Shown piece by piece: positions 19,095-29,060 of a DNA stretch of 64,000 nucleotides. Below the pieces are notes generated by a model. That model searched no databases. It was not told the origin of the DNA and saw only the letters and a list, made by a program, of their open reading frames with translations. Position numbers and translations under genes: made by a program. The stretch covers positions 544,001-608,000 of the forward strand of contig CP066684.1 of assembly GCA_016432325.1 (NCBI GenBank). Reading direction: 5' to 3'. The first letter of the stretch is position 1, and each line of letters starts with the position of its first letter. Source of the DNA: Candidatus Aenigmatarchaeota archaeon. GTDB taxonomy: Archaea; Aenigmatarchaeota; Aenigmatarchaeia; PWEA01; JACQIF01.

Positions 19095-21455
19095 TCAGAG
19101 CTCTATCGCCAGCTCCTTGCCGAACTCTATCTTCTCTGCGTTCAGCACGGCATAGAGGTCCTCGAGGAACGGCTTCGCGCGCTTCTCGTCTACGTTCATT
19201 ACGAGCCGTTTCACAGGAGCCTTCATTGACAGGCTGCGCTCGGACTTCGCCTTGCGCACGGCCGATATGATTTCCAACAAGGAGTCTCCGAAGGCTACGA
19301 ACTCCGCGTCCACGCGCGCGGCATCGGGCCAGATTGTCTTGTGTATTGAGGTCATCTTTACGCGTTCGCGGAAGTATGATTGGTATATCTCTTCAGTCAC
19401 GTAAGGCATTATAGGCGCGTAGAGTTGCAGAACGGAAAACAGCGATTTGTATAGTGCATGTTGCGCCGCCCTCCTTTCCAGAACGCCACGCTTGTCCGGG
19501 TTGTATATCTTGTCCTTAACGATTTCGAGATAGTTGTCCGCAAAGACGCTCCAAAAGAGACGGTCGGCGATACGGCGCGCGGCCGAATAGTCGTAGTCGT
19601 CGAACGCGCGCGTTGCGGACGCGAACGCCTCCTTGACTTTCTCGAGCATGTAGGCATCAAACCCGCTCGTCTCTTCTTCTCCTGAATGGTCCTGCAGGTT
19701 TTGTATGGCGAACTTGGACGCGTTCCACAGCTTCGTGACTGTCTTCATTCCTGTGACGAGCTCTTTCTCTTCGTAATTGTAGTCGTCGCCGAGCTTCGCG
19801 CTGGCCGTCCAGTAGCGGAGCGCGTCGCCTCCGTACTTGTCCATCGCTGGCTGCGGTTCCACCACGTTTCCGAGAGATTTTGACATCTTCTTGCCGCGCG
19901 GATCCAAGACGTGGCCTGATATCGCCGTGGTCCTCCACGGAAGTTCGCCTTCCGAAACGTGGCTGCGCACAACGGTGTAGAAAAGCCATGTCGTTATGAT
20001 GTCATGCGCCTGAGGACGCAATGCCATCGGAAGGTTTGCAGAGCCTTTCGGAGCGAGTGAGCGAACGATTTGCGGCGTTGTGGACGACGTGGCCCAAGTG
20101 TCGAGCACGTCTTTATCGGGAACGAAATCCGAAGAGCCGCACTTGCAGGCGCGCAGGGGTTTGTCCTTGAGCGGGTCGACGGGCAGCTGTTTCTCGTCTG
20201 CCGCGTTCACGCTCGCGCAGGCTTTGCAGTACCAGACCGGTATCGGCACGCCGAAGTATCTCTGCCGCGAGACGCACCAGTCCCACTGCAGGTTGTTAAT
20301 CCAGTTCTCGTAACGAGCGCGCATGTGCTCGGGATGCCACCTGATTTTGCGACCGTTTTCTATGAGCGCGTCTTTGATCGAAAGCACGTCGATGAACCAC
20401 TGCTGCGTGTGCAGGATTTCGATGTCCGTCTTGCAGCGTTCGTGAACGCCCACGGTGTGCGTTATCCTCTTCTGCGAGACGAGCAGGCCTTCCTTCTTCA
20501 GGTCCTCGATGATGGCGCGACGAGCTTCTTTAACATCCAGCCCTTTGTATTTTCCCGCGGACGCGGTCATCTTACCGTCCCTTCCAACGGATTCCACGAG
20601 CGCCAGGCCGTACGCTTTGTACCATTCGACGTCCGTCTTGTCGCCGAAGGTGCAGCACATCACAGCGCCCGTTCCTTTTTCTTTGTCGACGCGCGCGTCT
20701 GTTTTGATTTCTACATTTTGATCGAAGAGCGGAACTGTAACGGACTTTCCAACGAGCTTCGTGTAGCGCTTGTCTTCGGGATGCACGAACACGGCGACGC
20801 AGCTCGGCAAGAGTTCGGGACGCGTCGTCGCAATGACAAGGTCCTCGCCGTCGGTGAGTTTGAACTTCACGTCGTTGAAAGTGCTCTCTGACGCACGGTC
20901 TTCTATCTCTGCTTGCGCGATTGCAGTCTGGCATACAGGACACCAGACGTTGGGAGCGTCCTTGCGATAGACCTTTCCGTTCTTCAGAAGCTCGAGGAAC
21001 GAGGCCTGCGAGACGCGGCGCGAGTTGTCGTCTATCGTAGAGTAACGCAAAGAGAAATCGCAGGACATTCCCACGCGCTTCCAGTCTTCTATGAACGCGG
21101 GTCTTATCTCGTCGAGCGTCCTGAGGCAGAGCTCGATGAACGATGTACGGTCCATCTTCGACGCGCGCACGTTCTTCAGTTTCTCTATCAGCCGCTCCGT
21201 GGGCAGTCCGTTGTCGTCGGTGCCGAACGGGTAGAGAACGTTGAAACCGCGCATGCGCTTGTAGCGGGCGATGAAGTCCTGCTGTGAGTATGAGGACGAG
21301 TGGCCGATGTGCATCTTTCCAGAGACCGTCGGCGGTGGAGTGTCTATGGAAAAGACGGGCGCCTTCGCGTCCGGCTCGTACGCGTATACGCGCTGCTCGT
21401 CCCAGAACGCGCGTATGCGGGGCTCGGCCTCCTTCGGGTCATAGCGGTCTTGCAT
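19095..21455 (-). CDS. valS: Valine--tRNA ligase
   Basis: DTPPPTVSGKMHIGH, DWCVSRQR, KMSKS. Confidence 0.97.
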   Translation of the reverse strand: MQDRYDPKEAEPRIRAFWDEQRVYAYEPDAKAPVFSIDTPPPTVSGKMHIGHSSSYSQQDFIARYKRMRGFNVLYPFGTDDNGLPTERLIEKLKNVRASKMDRTSFIELCLRTLDEIRPAFIEDWKRVGMSCDFSLRYSTIDDNSRRVSQASFLELLKNGKVYRKDAPNVWCPVCQTAIAQAEIEDRASESTFNDVKFKLTDGEDLVIATTRPELLPSCVAVFVHPEDKRYTKLVGKSVTVPLFDQNVEIKTDARVDKEKGTGAVMCCTFGDKTDVEWYKAYGLALVESVGRDGKMTASAGKYKGLDVKEARRAIIEDLKKEGLLVSQKRITHTVGVHERCKTDIEILHTQQWFIDVLSIKDALIENGRKIRWHPEHMRARYENWINNLQWDWCVSRQRYFGVPIPVWYCKACASVNAADEKQLPVDPLKDKPLRACKCGSSDFVPDKDVLDTWATSSTTPQIVRSLAPKGSANLPMALRPQAHDIITTWLFYTVVRSHVSEGELPWRTTAISGHVLDPRGKKMSKSLGNVVEPQPAMDKYGGDALRYWTASAKLGDDYNYEEKELVTGMKTVTKLWNASKFAIQNLQDHSGEEETSGFDAYMLEKVKEAFASATRAFDDYDYSAARRIADRLFWSVFADNYLEIVKDKIYNPDKRGVLERRAAQHALYKSLFSVLQLYAPIMPYVTEEIYQSYFRERVKMTSIHKTIWPDAARVDAEFVAFGDSLLEIISAVRKAKSERSLSMKAPVKRLVMNVDEKRAKPFLEDLYAVLNAEKIEFGKELAIEL

Positions 21456-21571
21456 GGCTGAAGTGTGAGCGCAACGAATAAAAATAGGTTCCGCGGGGCG
21501 AATCGCGGCGATTTCGTGCGTTTATATACTTTCCGCAAGAAGCCCTCTCTAAACTTTGAATAGTGACTACC

Positions 21572-23770
21572 ATGGCCGAGAAAGAAGGACACAGCGAACG
21601 CGTGCAGCAGCTGATGAACAATCCGAAGAACATCCGCAACATCGGCATCGTCAGCCACATCCACCACGGAAAAACGACCCTGACGGACAACCTCGCCGCA
21701 CAATCCGGCATGATGTCCGCAGAACTCGTAGGCGAGCGCATGCTCACGTGGATAGACACGCAGGAGCGTGAAAGGCTCATGACCATCTACGGCGCGACCG
21801 TGACGATGGCCCACAGGTTCGACGACCAGCAGTACCTTATCAATCTTCTTGACACGCCGGGTCACGTCGACTTCGGAGGCGACGTGACGCGCGCGATGCG
21901 CGCCGTGGACGGTGCGGTAGTGATGGTCTGCGCTGTCGAGGGCATAATGCCCCAAACGGAAACGGTTCTGAAGCAAGCGCTCGCCGAGCGCGTGAAACCG
22001 ATACTCTTCATCAACAAGGTCGACCGAGCCATAAAGGAACTTCAGCTCACGCCCGAGGCTCTGCTGCAGCGTTTGGAAAAACTAGTCATAGAGGTCAACA
22101 AATTCGTGCGCAACCACGTGGAACCCGAGTTCGCGGACAAGTGGGCGTTCTCCGTGAAAGACGGCTCTGTCGCGTTCGGAAGCGCACTGCGCAAGTGGGC
22201 CATAAGCGTGCCTTACATGAAGAAGAGCGGCGTCACGTTCAAAGAGATAATAGAGGCGTGCGCATCGGGAAGAGACGAGGAGCTTGCGACCAAGGCGCCG
22301 ATGTACACGGTCGTTCTGGACATGGTTATCCAACATCTTCCATCGCCGATAGAAGCGCAGCCATACCGCGTACTGCGTGTCTGGAAGGGCGATCCGGAAA
22401 GCGGTGTCGGCAAGCAGATGATAACATGCGACCAGAACGGCAAGCTCGGCGCCGTAATAACAAAGGTCGTGCAAGACCCGCACGCGGGCCTGATTTCAAC
22501 CGTGCGCATATTCTCCGGACGCATCGTCGCCGGCCAGAACGTCTATGCGCTGGGACTCAAGAAACCCATCAAGGTTCAGCAGGTCACCACGTTCATCGCT
22601 GACAAACGACAGCCCGTCGAATACGCGACTGCAGGGAATGTAGTCGGCCTTGTGGGCATTGCCGAAGCGTCGGTCGGCGAGACGCTCTGCGATGCGGACG
22701 CGGTCATCGAGGCGTTCGAGGAAATAAAGCACATCTTCGAGCCTGTCGTTACGAAGGCGCTCGAACCCAAGAGGCCGCAGGACCTGCCGAAGCTCGTCGA
22801 GATACTCAGGATACTCGGAAAGGAGGACACCACGCTCAAGATTGAAATCAACCAGGAGACCGGCGAGACGCTCGTGTCGGGACTCGGAGAGCTGCACCTC
22901 GACGCGAAGGTCGAGCGCAAGATACGCGAGAAGGGAATAGAACTGCTCGCATCGACTCCGATTGTCGTCTACCGCGAGACGTGCACGAAGAAGGCCGGGC
23001 CTGTGGAAGGCAAATCCCCTAACAAGCACAACGCGTTCTACGTGCAGGTGGAGCCAGTGCCCGCCGCCGTATACAAGGCGATGATAGACGGCGCGCTGCC
23101 ATCGAGCAAGGAGATGAAGAAGAAAGACCAGGCGTTCATAGACAAGCTGCGCGAGCTGGGCATGGACAAGAAGGACACCGACGGCCTCGAGCTGCTATAC
23201 GAGCGCAACTTCCTGATAGACGCGACAAAAGGCATCCAGTATCTCAACGAGGCCATGGAACTCATCAAGCAGTCTTTCAAAGAGGTGGCCAACGAGGGTC
23301 CGCTCGGCCGCGAACCGGTCACCGGGATGATTATACGCGTGGCAGACGCGAAGCTCCACGAGGACGCGATACACCGCGGACCGGCGCAGGTCATACCGGC
23401 CGTACGCCAAGCGATAAAGAACGCGGTGCTGATGGGCGGCGCGACGCTGCTCGAGCCGCGCCAGATAGTTCTCATAAACTCGGACCACGAAAGCGTAGGA
23501 AACGTGATGAAAGAGGTCCAGACGCGGCGCGGCGAAGTGCTGGACGTGACGACGGAACTGGGCTCGACGAACGTGAAGGCGAAGCTGCCCGTGGCGGAGA
23601 TGTTCGGCTTCGAGGCGGCGCTCAAATCGGCTACTGGCGGCAGAGGATTCTACTCTCTGGTCGACGTGACGTTCGAGAACATCCCGCGTGAACTGCTCGA
23701 GCGGACGGTCGTGCAGATACGCACTCGTAAGGGCCTCAGCGCCGAGATGCCGAGACCGGAACTCGGTTAA
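21572..23770 (+). CDS. fusA: Elongation factor 2
   Basis: GKTT, DTPGHVDF, NKVD, GELHL, diphthamide loop HEDAIHRG. Confidence 0.97.
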   Translation: MAEKEGHSERVQQLMNNPKNIRNIGIVSHIHHGKTTLTDNLAAQSGMMSAELVGERMLTWIDTQERERLMTIYGATVTMAHRFDDQQYLINLLDTPGHVDFGGDVTRAMRAVDGAVVMVCAVEGIMPQTETVLKQALAERVKPILFINKVDRAIKELQLTPEALLQRLEKLVIEVNKFVRNHVEPEFADKWAFSVKDGSVAFGSALRKWAISVPYMKKSGVTFKEIIEACASGRDEELATKAPMYTVVLDMVIQHLPSPIEAQPYRVLRVWKGDPESGVGKQMITCDQNGKLGAVITKVVQDPHAGLISTVRIFSGRIVAGQNVYALGLKKPIKVQQVTTFIADKRQPVEYATAGNVVGLVGIAEASVGETLCDADAVIEAFEEIKHIFEPVVTKALEPKRPQDLPKLVEILRILGKEDTTLKIEINQETGETLVSGLGELHLDAKVERKIREKGIELLASTPIVVYRETCTKKAGPVEGKSPNKHNAFYVQVEPVPAAVYKAMIDGALPSSKEMKKKDQAFIDKLRELGMDKKDTDGLELLYERNFLIDATKGIQYLNEAMELIKQSFKEVANEGPLGREPVTGMIIRVADAKLHEDAIHRGPAQVIPAVRQAIKNAVLMGGATLLEPRQIVLINSDHESVGNVMKEVQTRRGEVLDVTTELGSTNVKAKLPVAEMFGFEAALKSATGGRGFYSLVDVTFENIPRELLERTVVQIRTRKGLSAEMPRPELG

Positions 23771-23808
23771 GAGACATTATAAAACATTGCGCCCAAATAT
23801 CCACCGAG

Positions 23809-24324
23809 TCACTTTGCCCGTCTGCCGCGCATCGCGTACTTTGGTCCTTCTGGCGTCTTGACAATCTTTAGGATTTTTCTGTGTCCCGCAAGAACATTGA
23901 GGTAGGGGGCCACTTCGTTCGGCTTGATTTTGTAGCCGGCCTTCTCAGCCCGCTCGACTATATCCGGTATGCCCAAGGCCCTCCTGCTTCTTTTGATGAG
24001 ATCAAACGCGTAGACGCCAGGCCTGAAAGAGTCGCTGTCGCTTTTTGCGCGTCTTCCCGCACGTCGCTGCGGGGTTTCCTGACCGTCTTCCTGTCGAACT
24101 TCATAGTCAAACTCTGTTCTCAGATAATCTCGTAGCTCCTGGTCGCTTTCTGCAATCTTGTAAATCTGCGTTCTCAAGTCCCGCGCATGTGAGTCCAGTT
24201 CCGAAACCCGCAAGACCATGCCTATGCACTCGGCAGCGCTCTGCTCGCGAGGCTCTGCGTATTTGCGTGCTAATCGCTGAGCCTTGTAATCCAAACGTGA
24301 CTTCCTTGGCATTCGATTCCCCAT
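23809..24324 (-). CDS. Hypothetical protein with probable C-terminal winged HTH
   Basis: LIKRSRRALGIPDIVERAEKAGY..V...L..L helix pattern followed by beta hairpin. Confidence 0.55.
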   Translation of the reverse strand: MGNRMPRKSRLDYKAQRLARKYAEPREQSAAECIGMVLRVSELDSHARDLRTQIYKIAESDQELRDYLRTEFDYEVRQEDGQETPQRRAGRRAKSDSDSFRPGVYAFDLIKRSRRALGIPDIVERAEKAGYKIKPNEVAPYLNVLAGHRKILKIVKTPEGPKYAMRGRRAK

Positions 24325-24396
24325 ACAATTGATTGGTGCAAAGTTATTTAAAACAATGAGCGCCGTGGACGACCTCTTAGGCCTATTGCATCCTTG

Positions 24397-24891
24397 CTAC
24401 TTGCCCGACTTGACCGTCTCGACCGCACGGACGTCGCGAACTCGTTTCAGTTCCTCTTCCGAGAAGGGGGCAATAAAGACCAGCACGAAACCGTCTGGGT
24501 CACGGAAGGCCGCCTCGATGGTTCCCCAGTAATAGTGCCTAATCGGGACCTTGATGTTCACGTTTGCGTTCTTGAGAAGCGGGACCAATGACTCGACGCT
24601 GATCATCGCGGAGATTTTCGGCGTCTTCACCTGCTCCTTGAACACGGAGGAGTTCGTTATTGCAATGTGACCTTCAGCAATCTCAAGCTTTGCGCCGCCC
24701 GGAACCTCGAACGTCATCCCGCGGTAGCGTTCAGGAGCCGACGCTAGACCCTTCGGTAACGTTGAGCGAAACTTCTCGTCTCCGTACGCGAAGATGGGTC
24801 TGAATCCAAGTGACTCGTAGAACTTGCGCGACCTATCGAAGTCCCCTACCTTCAGGTGTATTCCAAGACCAGTAATCTTGCATTCTGACAT
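24397..24891 (-). CDS. VOC/glyoxalase family protein
   Basis: LKVGDFDRSRKFYESLGF; WG...FRDPDG. Confidence 0.88.
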   Translation of the reverse strand: MSECKITGLGIHLKVGDFDRSRKFYESLGFRPIFAYGDEKFRSTLPKGLASAPERYRGMTFEVPGGAKLEIAEGHIAITNSSVFKEQVKTPKISAMISVESLVPLLKNANVNIKVPIRHYYWGTIEAAFRDPDGFVLVFIAPFSEEELKRVRDVRAVETVKSGK

Positions 24892-25133
24892 TTCCGCAAC
24901 CTCTTTTGTGTAGCTATTTTCTACCCCTCTAGCATTCAACTTGGTTTAGTTTCACGATCGCTTGATATTGTGGTTTGGCTCAATCGGCGAACCGATAACG
25001 CGCCCCAATATGCGTTGCCTCCCCGTTTTCAACCATTCCACATTCATGACAATATTCGGCCTCCTGAGCATTTAAGGCTAACACAAGAGGTCGAACAGCG
25101 CCCGATATTATTATTTAAGGTGGTGGTGGCCGC

Positions 25134-26450
25134 TTAGGCGGTTTTGTTGCGCAGGGCGCCAAATCCGGGAATTTCAAACTCGGCCGCTCCCTTGTAGTAG
25201 TCGCGTATCCTGCTGAAGAGTGTTTTAATCTCTGGATTTTCATACGACTGCGTCTTAGTCGCTATTCGTTTCAGGGTTCTGTCGGGATCCTCGTTGAATT
25301 CCACTTGGAAATGTTCGACGCCGACCTTGAATATCAGCTCGGAGGCGTCCGTCCTGCTCCGCTTTGTTGTCGATTCGGAGAAGATCTCTTCAAGATTGTC
25401 ATCACTCAGGGGAAAATCAATCGGTTTCAGATGTTTTCCTATCCTAGGGATGATTCTAGGAAGTTGTTTCGCCAGAGTTTCGGCGTCGGGAAACATATTC
25501 GGCCACTCGCGCGTAAATATTTCGACCGCTTCAGACGTATATCCGTCGAGCGCCAGAGAGGCTATCGCGCCAGCCGCCTTGTTTCTTTCTAGAAACTGGC
25601 CTACTTGGTCTTCTGTGGGAGCGATCTTTCTCCTTAAAACATCGCGCCAGCCGTAGTTTATAGCAGCGCAGTATGCCCCCCTATCTACTTTAAAGAGTTC
25701 GACGGCGCTCAATCCTTCCAAGCCGTTCTCCTTCAAGTATGCGACAAACCCATCCTTCCCCATGGCTTTCCAACGACGCCACTTTGTATGCCGCCGTCTC
25801 AGAACATTCCTCCAGCCATGTCTCCTAGCGGCGTCGTACGCCGCATAATCCTTTTTTATGAGTTCGCCGGGGGTCAACTCGTCCAATCCATTCTCCTTCA
25901 AGTATGCAACAAACCTATCCCTGTCCATTGCCTTCCAGTTCCTACCTTTCTTGATTCTTATCAGAAGATCGGTCCAACAATACCTTCTGGCGGCATCATA
26001 CGCTCCCTTGTCTCTATCGTCAAGCTCCTTCGGACTTAGTCCTTCCAAGCCGTTCTCCTTCAAGTAATTTACAAACCCATCCTTCCCCATGGCTTTCCAA
26101 CGACGCCCTTTCTTCCGTTCCAATTTCAAAAGGTCAAGCCAACCATATACACGCGCGGCTCTGTAAGCTCCCGAATCCATTTCGTTGAGTTCCTGTGGAT
26201 GCACTCCTTCAAATCCGTTCTCCTTCAGGTAGCCGGCAAAATCCTCTTTGGTCATTCTGCTCCAATCTCTCTGCTGGGTTCCAGGTATAACATCAAGCCA
26301 ATCGTATCTTCTAGCGGCCTGGTAGGCCCCCTGGTCTTTTCTACTAAGCTCCCCATGGTTCAGCTTATTCAAACCGTTCTCTTTCAAGTAAGCAACGAAT
26401 CCGTCCTTGTCCATCTCTTTCCAGTTTCTTGGCTGTCGCGCCATGTTCAT
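25134..26450 (-). CDS. Tandem helical-repeat protein C (5 x ~54-aa repeats + conserved C-terminal domain)
   Basis: WxxMxKxGFVxYLKENGL...ELxxxDxGAYxAAxxxGW repeats; ATGA overlap with upstream gene. Confidence 0.85.
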   Translation of the reverse strand: MNMARQPRNWKEMDKDGFVAYLKENGLNKLNHGELSRKDQGAYQAARRYDWLDVIPGTQQRDWSRMTKEDFAGYLKENGFEGVHPQELNEMDSGAYRAARVYGWLDLLKLERKKGRRWKAMGKDGFVNYLKENGLEGLSPKELDDRDKGAYDAARRYCWTDLLIRIKKGRNWKAMDRDRFVAYLKENGLDELTPGELIKKDYAAYDAARRHGWRNVLRRRHTKWRRWKAMGKDGFVAYLKENGLEGLSAVELFKVDRGAYCAAINYGWRDVLRRKIAPTEDQVGQFLERNKAAGAIASLALDGYTSEAVEIFTREWPNMFPDAETLAKQLPRIIPRIGKHLKPIDFPLSDDNLEEIFSESTTKRSRTDASELIFKVGVEHFQVEFNEDPDRTLKRIATKTQSYENPEIKTLFSRIRDYYKGAAEFEIPGFGALRNKTA

Positions 26451-27913
26451 GCCTCTCTCAGTTTCCCGAAGCCCGGTATCTCGAACTCCATCGCGTTTCT
26501 ATAGTATTCGTGGACTCTCTTGAAAATGCTTCTAACTTCGGCCTTCTGTTGCGTGTTCACCATTCGTTCCAGCTCGGAAAGGACAGATCGTGGGTCGGCG
26601 TTGAATGTCGCCTGGTAGTGCTGGACTCCTATCTCATAAACAATTCCAGCGAGTTCCTTCCTGGTTGCTTTCGGCAAGTCCTTTGAAAATATCGTCTGGA
26701 GGCGGTCTTCATTGACCGGAAAATCCAGCGGCTTCAAGTGCTTTCCTATCTTGGGGACTATTCTGGGTAGCTGTTTTGCGAGCGTCGCGGCTACCGGAAA
26801 GGCGTTGGGCCATTCGCGCGCGAGTATGTCAACCACGTCGGAGGCGTAGCCGTCAACTGCCAGCGAGGCTATCGCGCTGGCGGCTTTGTTGTTCGCGAGG
26901 AACTTTTTTGCCTGGGTTTCTCTCTGGGCGATCTGTCTTTTCAACAGATCGAGCCACCCGTGTGTGCGAGCTGCTGCGTATGCCCCGCTATCTTTTCTAG
27001 CAAGTTCGCTGGGCGTCAATGTGTCCCATCCATTCGCTTCTAGGTAAGCAAGAAATTCTTCCCTACCAATATTCTTCCAATCTCTCCTCTTTCGTATTTG
27101 CCTTTTCAAAACGTCAAGCCAGTCATGCCTTAGAGCAGCTCCATACGCTTTATCGTCCCTTTTTTGGAGTTCCTCGGGGCTCAATTCAAACAACCCGCGA
27201 TCCTTGAGATATTCAATAAATCCCTTCTTGCCCATAGTCTCCCAGTAATGTCCTTCTGTCGGAGCCCTCCTTAGGATGTCTGTCCAACCGTATTTCTCGG
27301 CAGCATAACTCGCATGCCTGTCTCGCTTCTTAAGTTCGCCACGACTCAGGCCGGCTAACCCCTTATTCGTCAGGTATTGTTCGAATCCCGCTTTCCCCAA
27401 GTTCTTCCAATCTACCTCTTCTTTATCTCTCTTAGTCCTCACAACGTCAAGCCAGCCGTGATTTTTAGCGGCTTCGTATGCTTTTTTATCGATTGTTTGT
27501 AATTCGCCGCGACTCAATTTGTCTAGGTTTCTTTTTTGCAGATACTTGACAAATCCTTCCTTACCCATCGCACTCCAATTCCTTCCACGTGGCTGCTCCC
27601 TTTTCACGATGCTAATCCAGCCGTTTCTACAGGCGGCAGAGTAGGCTCTCAAATCCCTCGTCTGCAGTTCGCCGCGACTCAACCCATCCAACCCCCTCTC
27701 TTTCAGGTAAGCAACGAATCCCTCCTTGCCCATCCCTTCCCAGTCTATTCGCTCTCTTTTTACAGCATCGATCCAGCCGTGTACCTTTGCGGCTTCGTAG
27801 GCAGCCGGGTCTCTTTTCCTAAATTCCCCACGAGGCAAGCCTTCCAAGCCCCTTTCTGCCAGATATTCGATGAATCCGTTTTTGTCCATCTCTTTCCAAC
27901 GCTGTCTAGCCAT
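26447..27913 (-). CDS. Tandem helical-repeat protein B (6 repeats + conserved C-terminal domain)
   Basis: Same repeat; C-terminal AIASLAxDGY...EFEIPGFG. Confidence 0.85.
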   Translation of the reverse strand: MARQRWKEMDKNGFIEYLAERGLEGLPRGEFRKRDPAAYEAAKVHGWIDAVKRERIDWEGMGKEGFVAYLKERGLDGLSRGELQTRDLRAYSAACRNGWISIVKREQPRGRNWSAMGKEGFVKYLQKRNLDKLSRGELQTIDKKAYEAAKNHGWLDVVRTKRDKEEVDWKNLGKAGFEQYLTNKGLAGLSRGELKKRDRHASYAAEKYGWTDILRRAPTEGHYWETMGKKGFIEYLKDRGLFELSPEELQKRDDKAYGAALRHDWLDVLKRQIRKRRDWKNIGREEFLAYLEANGWDTLTPSELARKDSGAYAAARTHGWLDLLKRQIAQRETQAKKFLANNKAASAIASLAVDGYASDVVDILAREWPNAFPVAATLAKQLPRIVPKIGKHLKPLDFPVNEDRLQTIFSKDLPKATRKELAGIVYEIGVQHYQATFNADPRSVLSELERMVNTQQKAEVRSIFKRVHEYYRNAMEFEIPGFGKLREA

Positions 27914-29060
27914 GCCGAACACCTTTCATCTTCCCAAATCCAGGTATCTCGAACTCGGCCACAGCACTGTAGTATTCATGTATTCTACAGAAGATGTTTC
28001 TCACTCTCGGATTTTCATACGATTGCGTCTTGGCGTGCATTTTCTCCAGTGTTGCTGCTGGGTCTCTGTTGAATTGAAGTTGGAAATATTCGACGCCGAC
28101 ATTCAAGATTATGTCGGACGCTAGCATGTGGACTCTTTGTGGAACGTGTTCCGAAAATATTAGTTCAAGGTTTTCATTGTTTATGGGGAAATCCAGTGGT
28201 TTCACGTGCTTGCCTACACTGGGCACTATTCTAGGAAGTTGCCTCGCCAGCTCTTCTGCGTCAGGAAACACGCTTGGCCACTCCAGCGCCAATATGTCAG
28301 CCACATCGGAAATGTATCCATCGAACGCAAGTGAAGCTATCGCGTTAGCACTCTGGTTGCTCTCTAGGAATTGCTTTGCCTGCCTTTCTCTCGGGAACGT
28401 CTTTCTCTTCAGTATGTCCAACCAGCCGTGTTTACGAGCGGCTTTGTATGCACCGGGATCCTTTTCAGAGAGGCCTGTCGGGCTCAAGTTCTCCCATCCG
28501 TTCTTTTGCAGATAGTCAATGAAACCCCTCCTCCCCATCTCCTCCCAGTCCCTCGGCGCCCGGCGCGTTCTTTTCAATGCGTCCAACCAGCCGTGTTCGC
28601 GAGCGGCATCATAGGCGCCCGGATCCCTTCTCGCAAGCTCCTTGGGACCCAGCTCCCCCAGCCCTTCTTCCTCCATATAGGAGACGAAGCCCTCTCTGTC
28701 CATCTTCCCCCAGTTCCTTGCTTTCCGTTTCCCTCTCTTCAACACATCCAGCCAGCCGTACTTTTTAGCGGCACGATACGCATCTCCGTCTCTCTTCGCA
28801 AGTTCTGGGGGGCCTACATCGGCCAATCCGTTCTCTCTTAAATATTCGACGAACCTTTCCTTTCCCGTAACGCCCAAGTCCCTCCTGTCTGGGTTCTTTG
28901 CCTTCAAATCCATCCAAGATTCGTGGGCGGCGTCGTATACTAGAGGATTTCTTCTTCGAACCGTTGCTATGTCCTGTTCGTCCATTCCCCTCTCTTTCAG
29001 AAAACCGACGAATCCATCTTCGCCCATTTCCTTCCAGAACTCTTTGTTCCGCGTCATCAC
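27906..29060 (-). CDS. Tandem helical-repeat protein A (4 repeats + conserved C-terminal domain)
   Basis: Same repeat and C-terminal domain; overlaps helicase stop. Confidence 0.85.
   Translation of the reverse strand: MMTRNKEFWKEMGEDGFVGFLKERGMDEQDIATVRRRNPLVYDAAHESWMDLKAKNPDRRDLGVTGKERFVEYLRENGLADVGPPELAKRDGDAYRAAKKYGWLDVLKRGKRKARNWGKMDREGFVSYMEEEGLGELGPKELARRDPGAYDAAREHGWLDALKRTRRAPRDWEEMGRRGFIDYLQKNGWENLSPTGLSEKDPGAYKAARKHGWLDILKRKTFPRERQAKQFLESNQSANAIASLAFDGYISDVADILALEWPSVFPDAEELARQLPRIVPSVGKHVKPLDFPINNENLELIFSEHVPQRVHMLASDIILNVGVEYFQLQFNRDPAATLEKMHAKTQSYENPRVRNIFCRIHEYYSAVAEFEIPGFGKMKGVRHG

Noticed and set aside
25134-29060. CRISPR array or non-coding repeat
   Set aside because: Repeats are degenerate, in-frame protein repeats of ~160 nt; no cas genes
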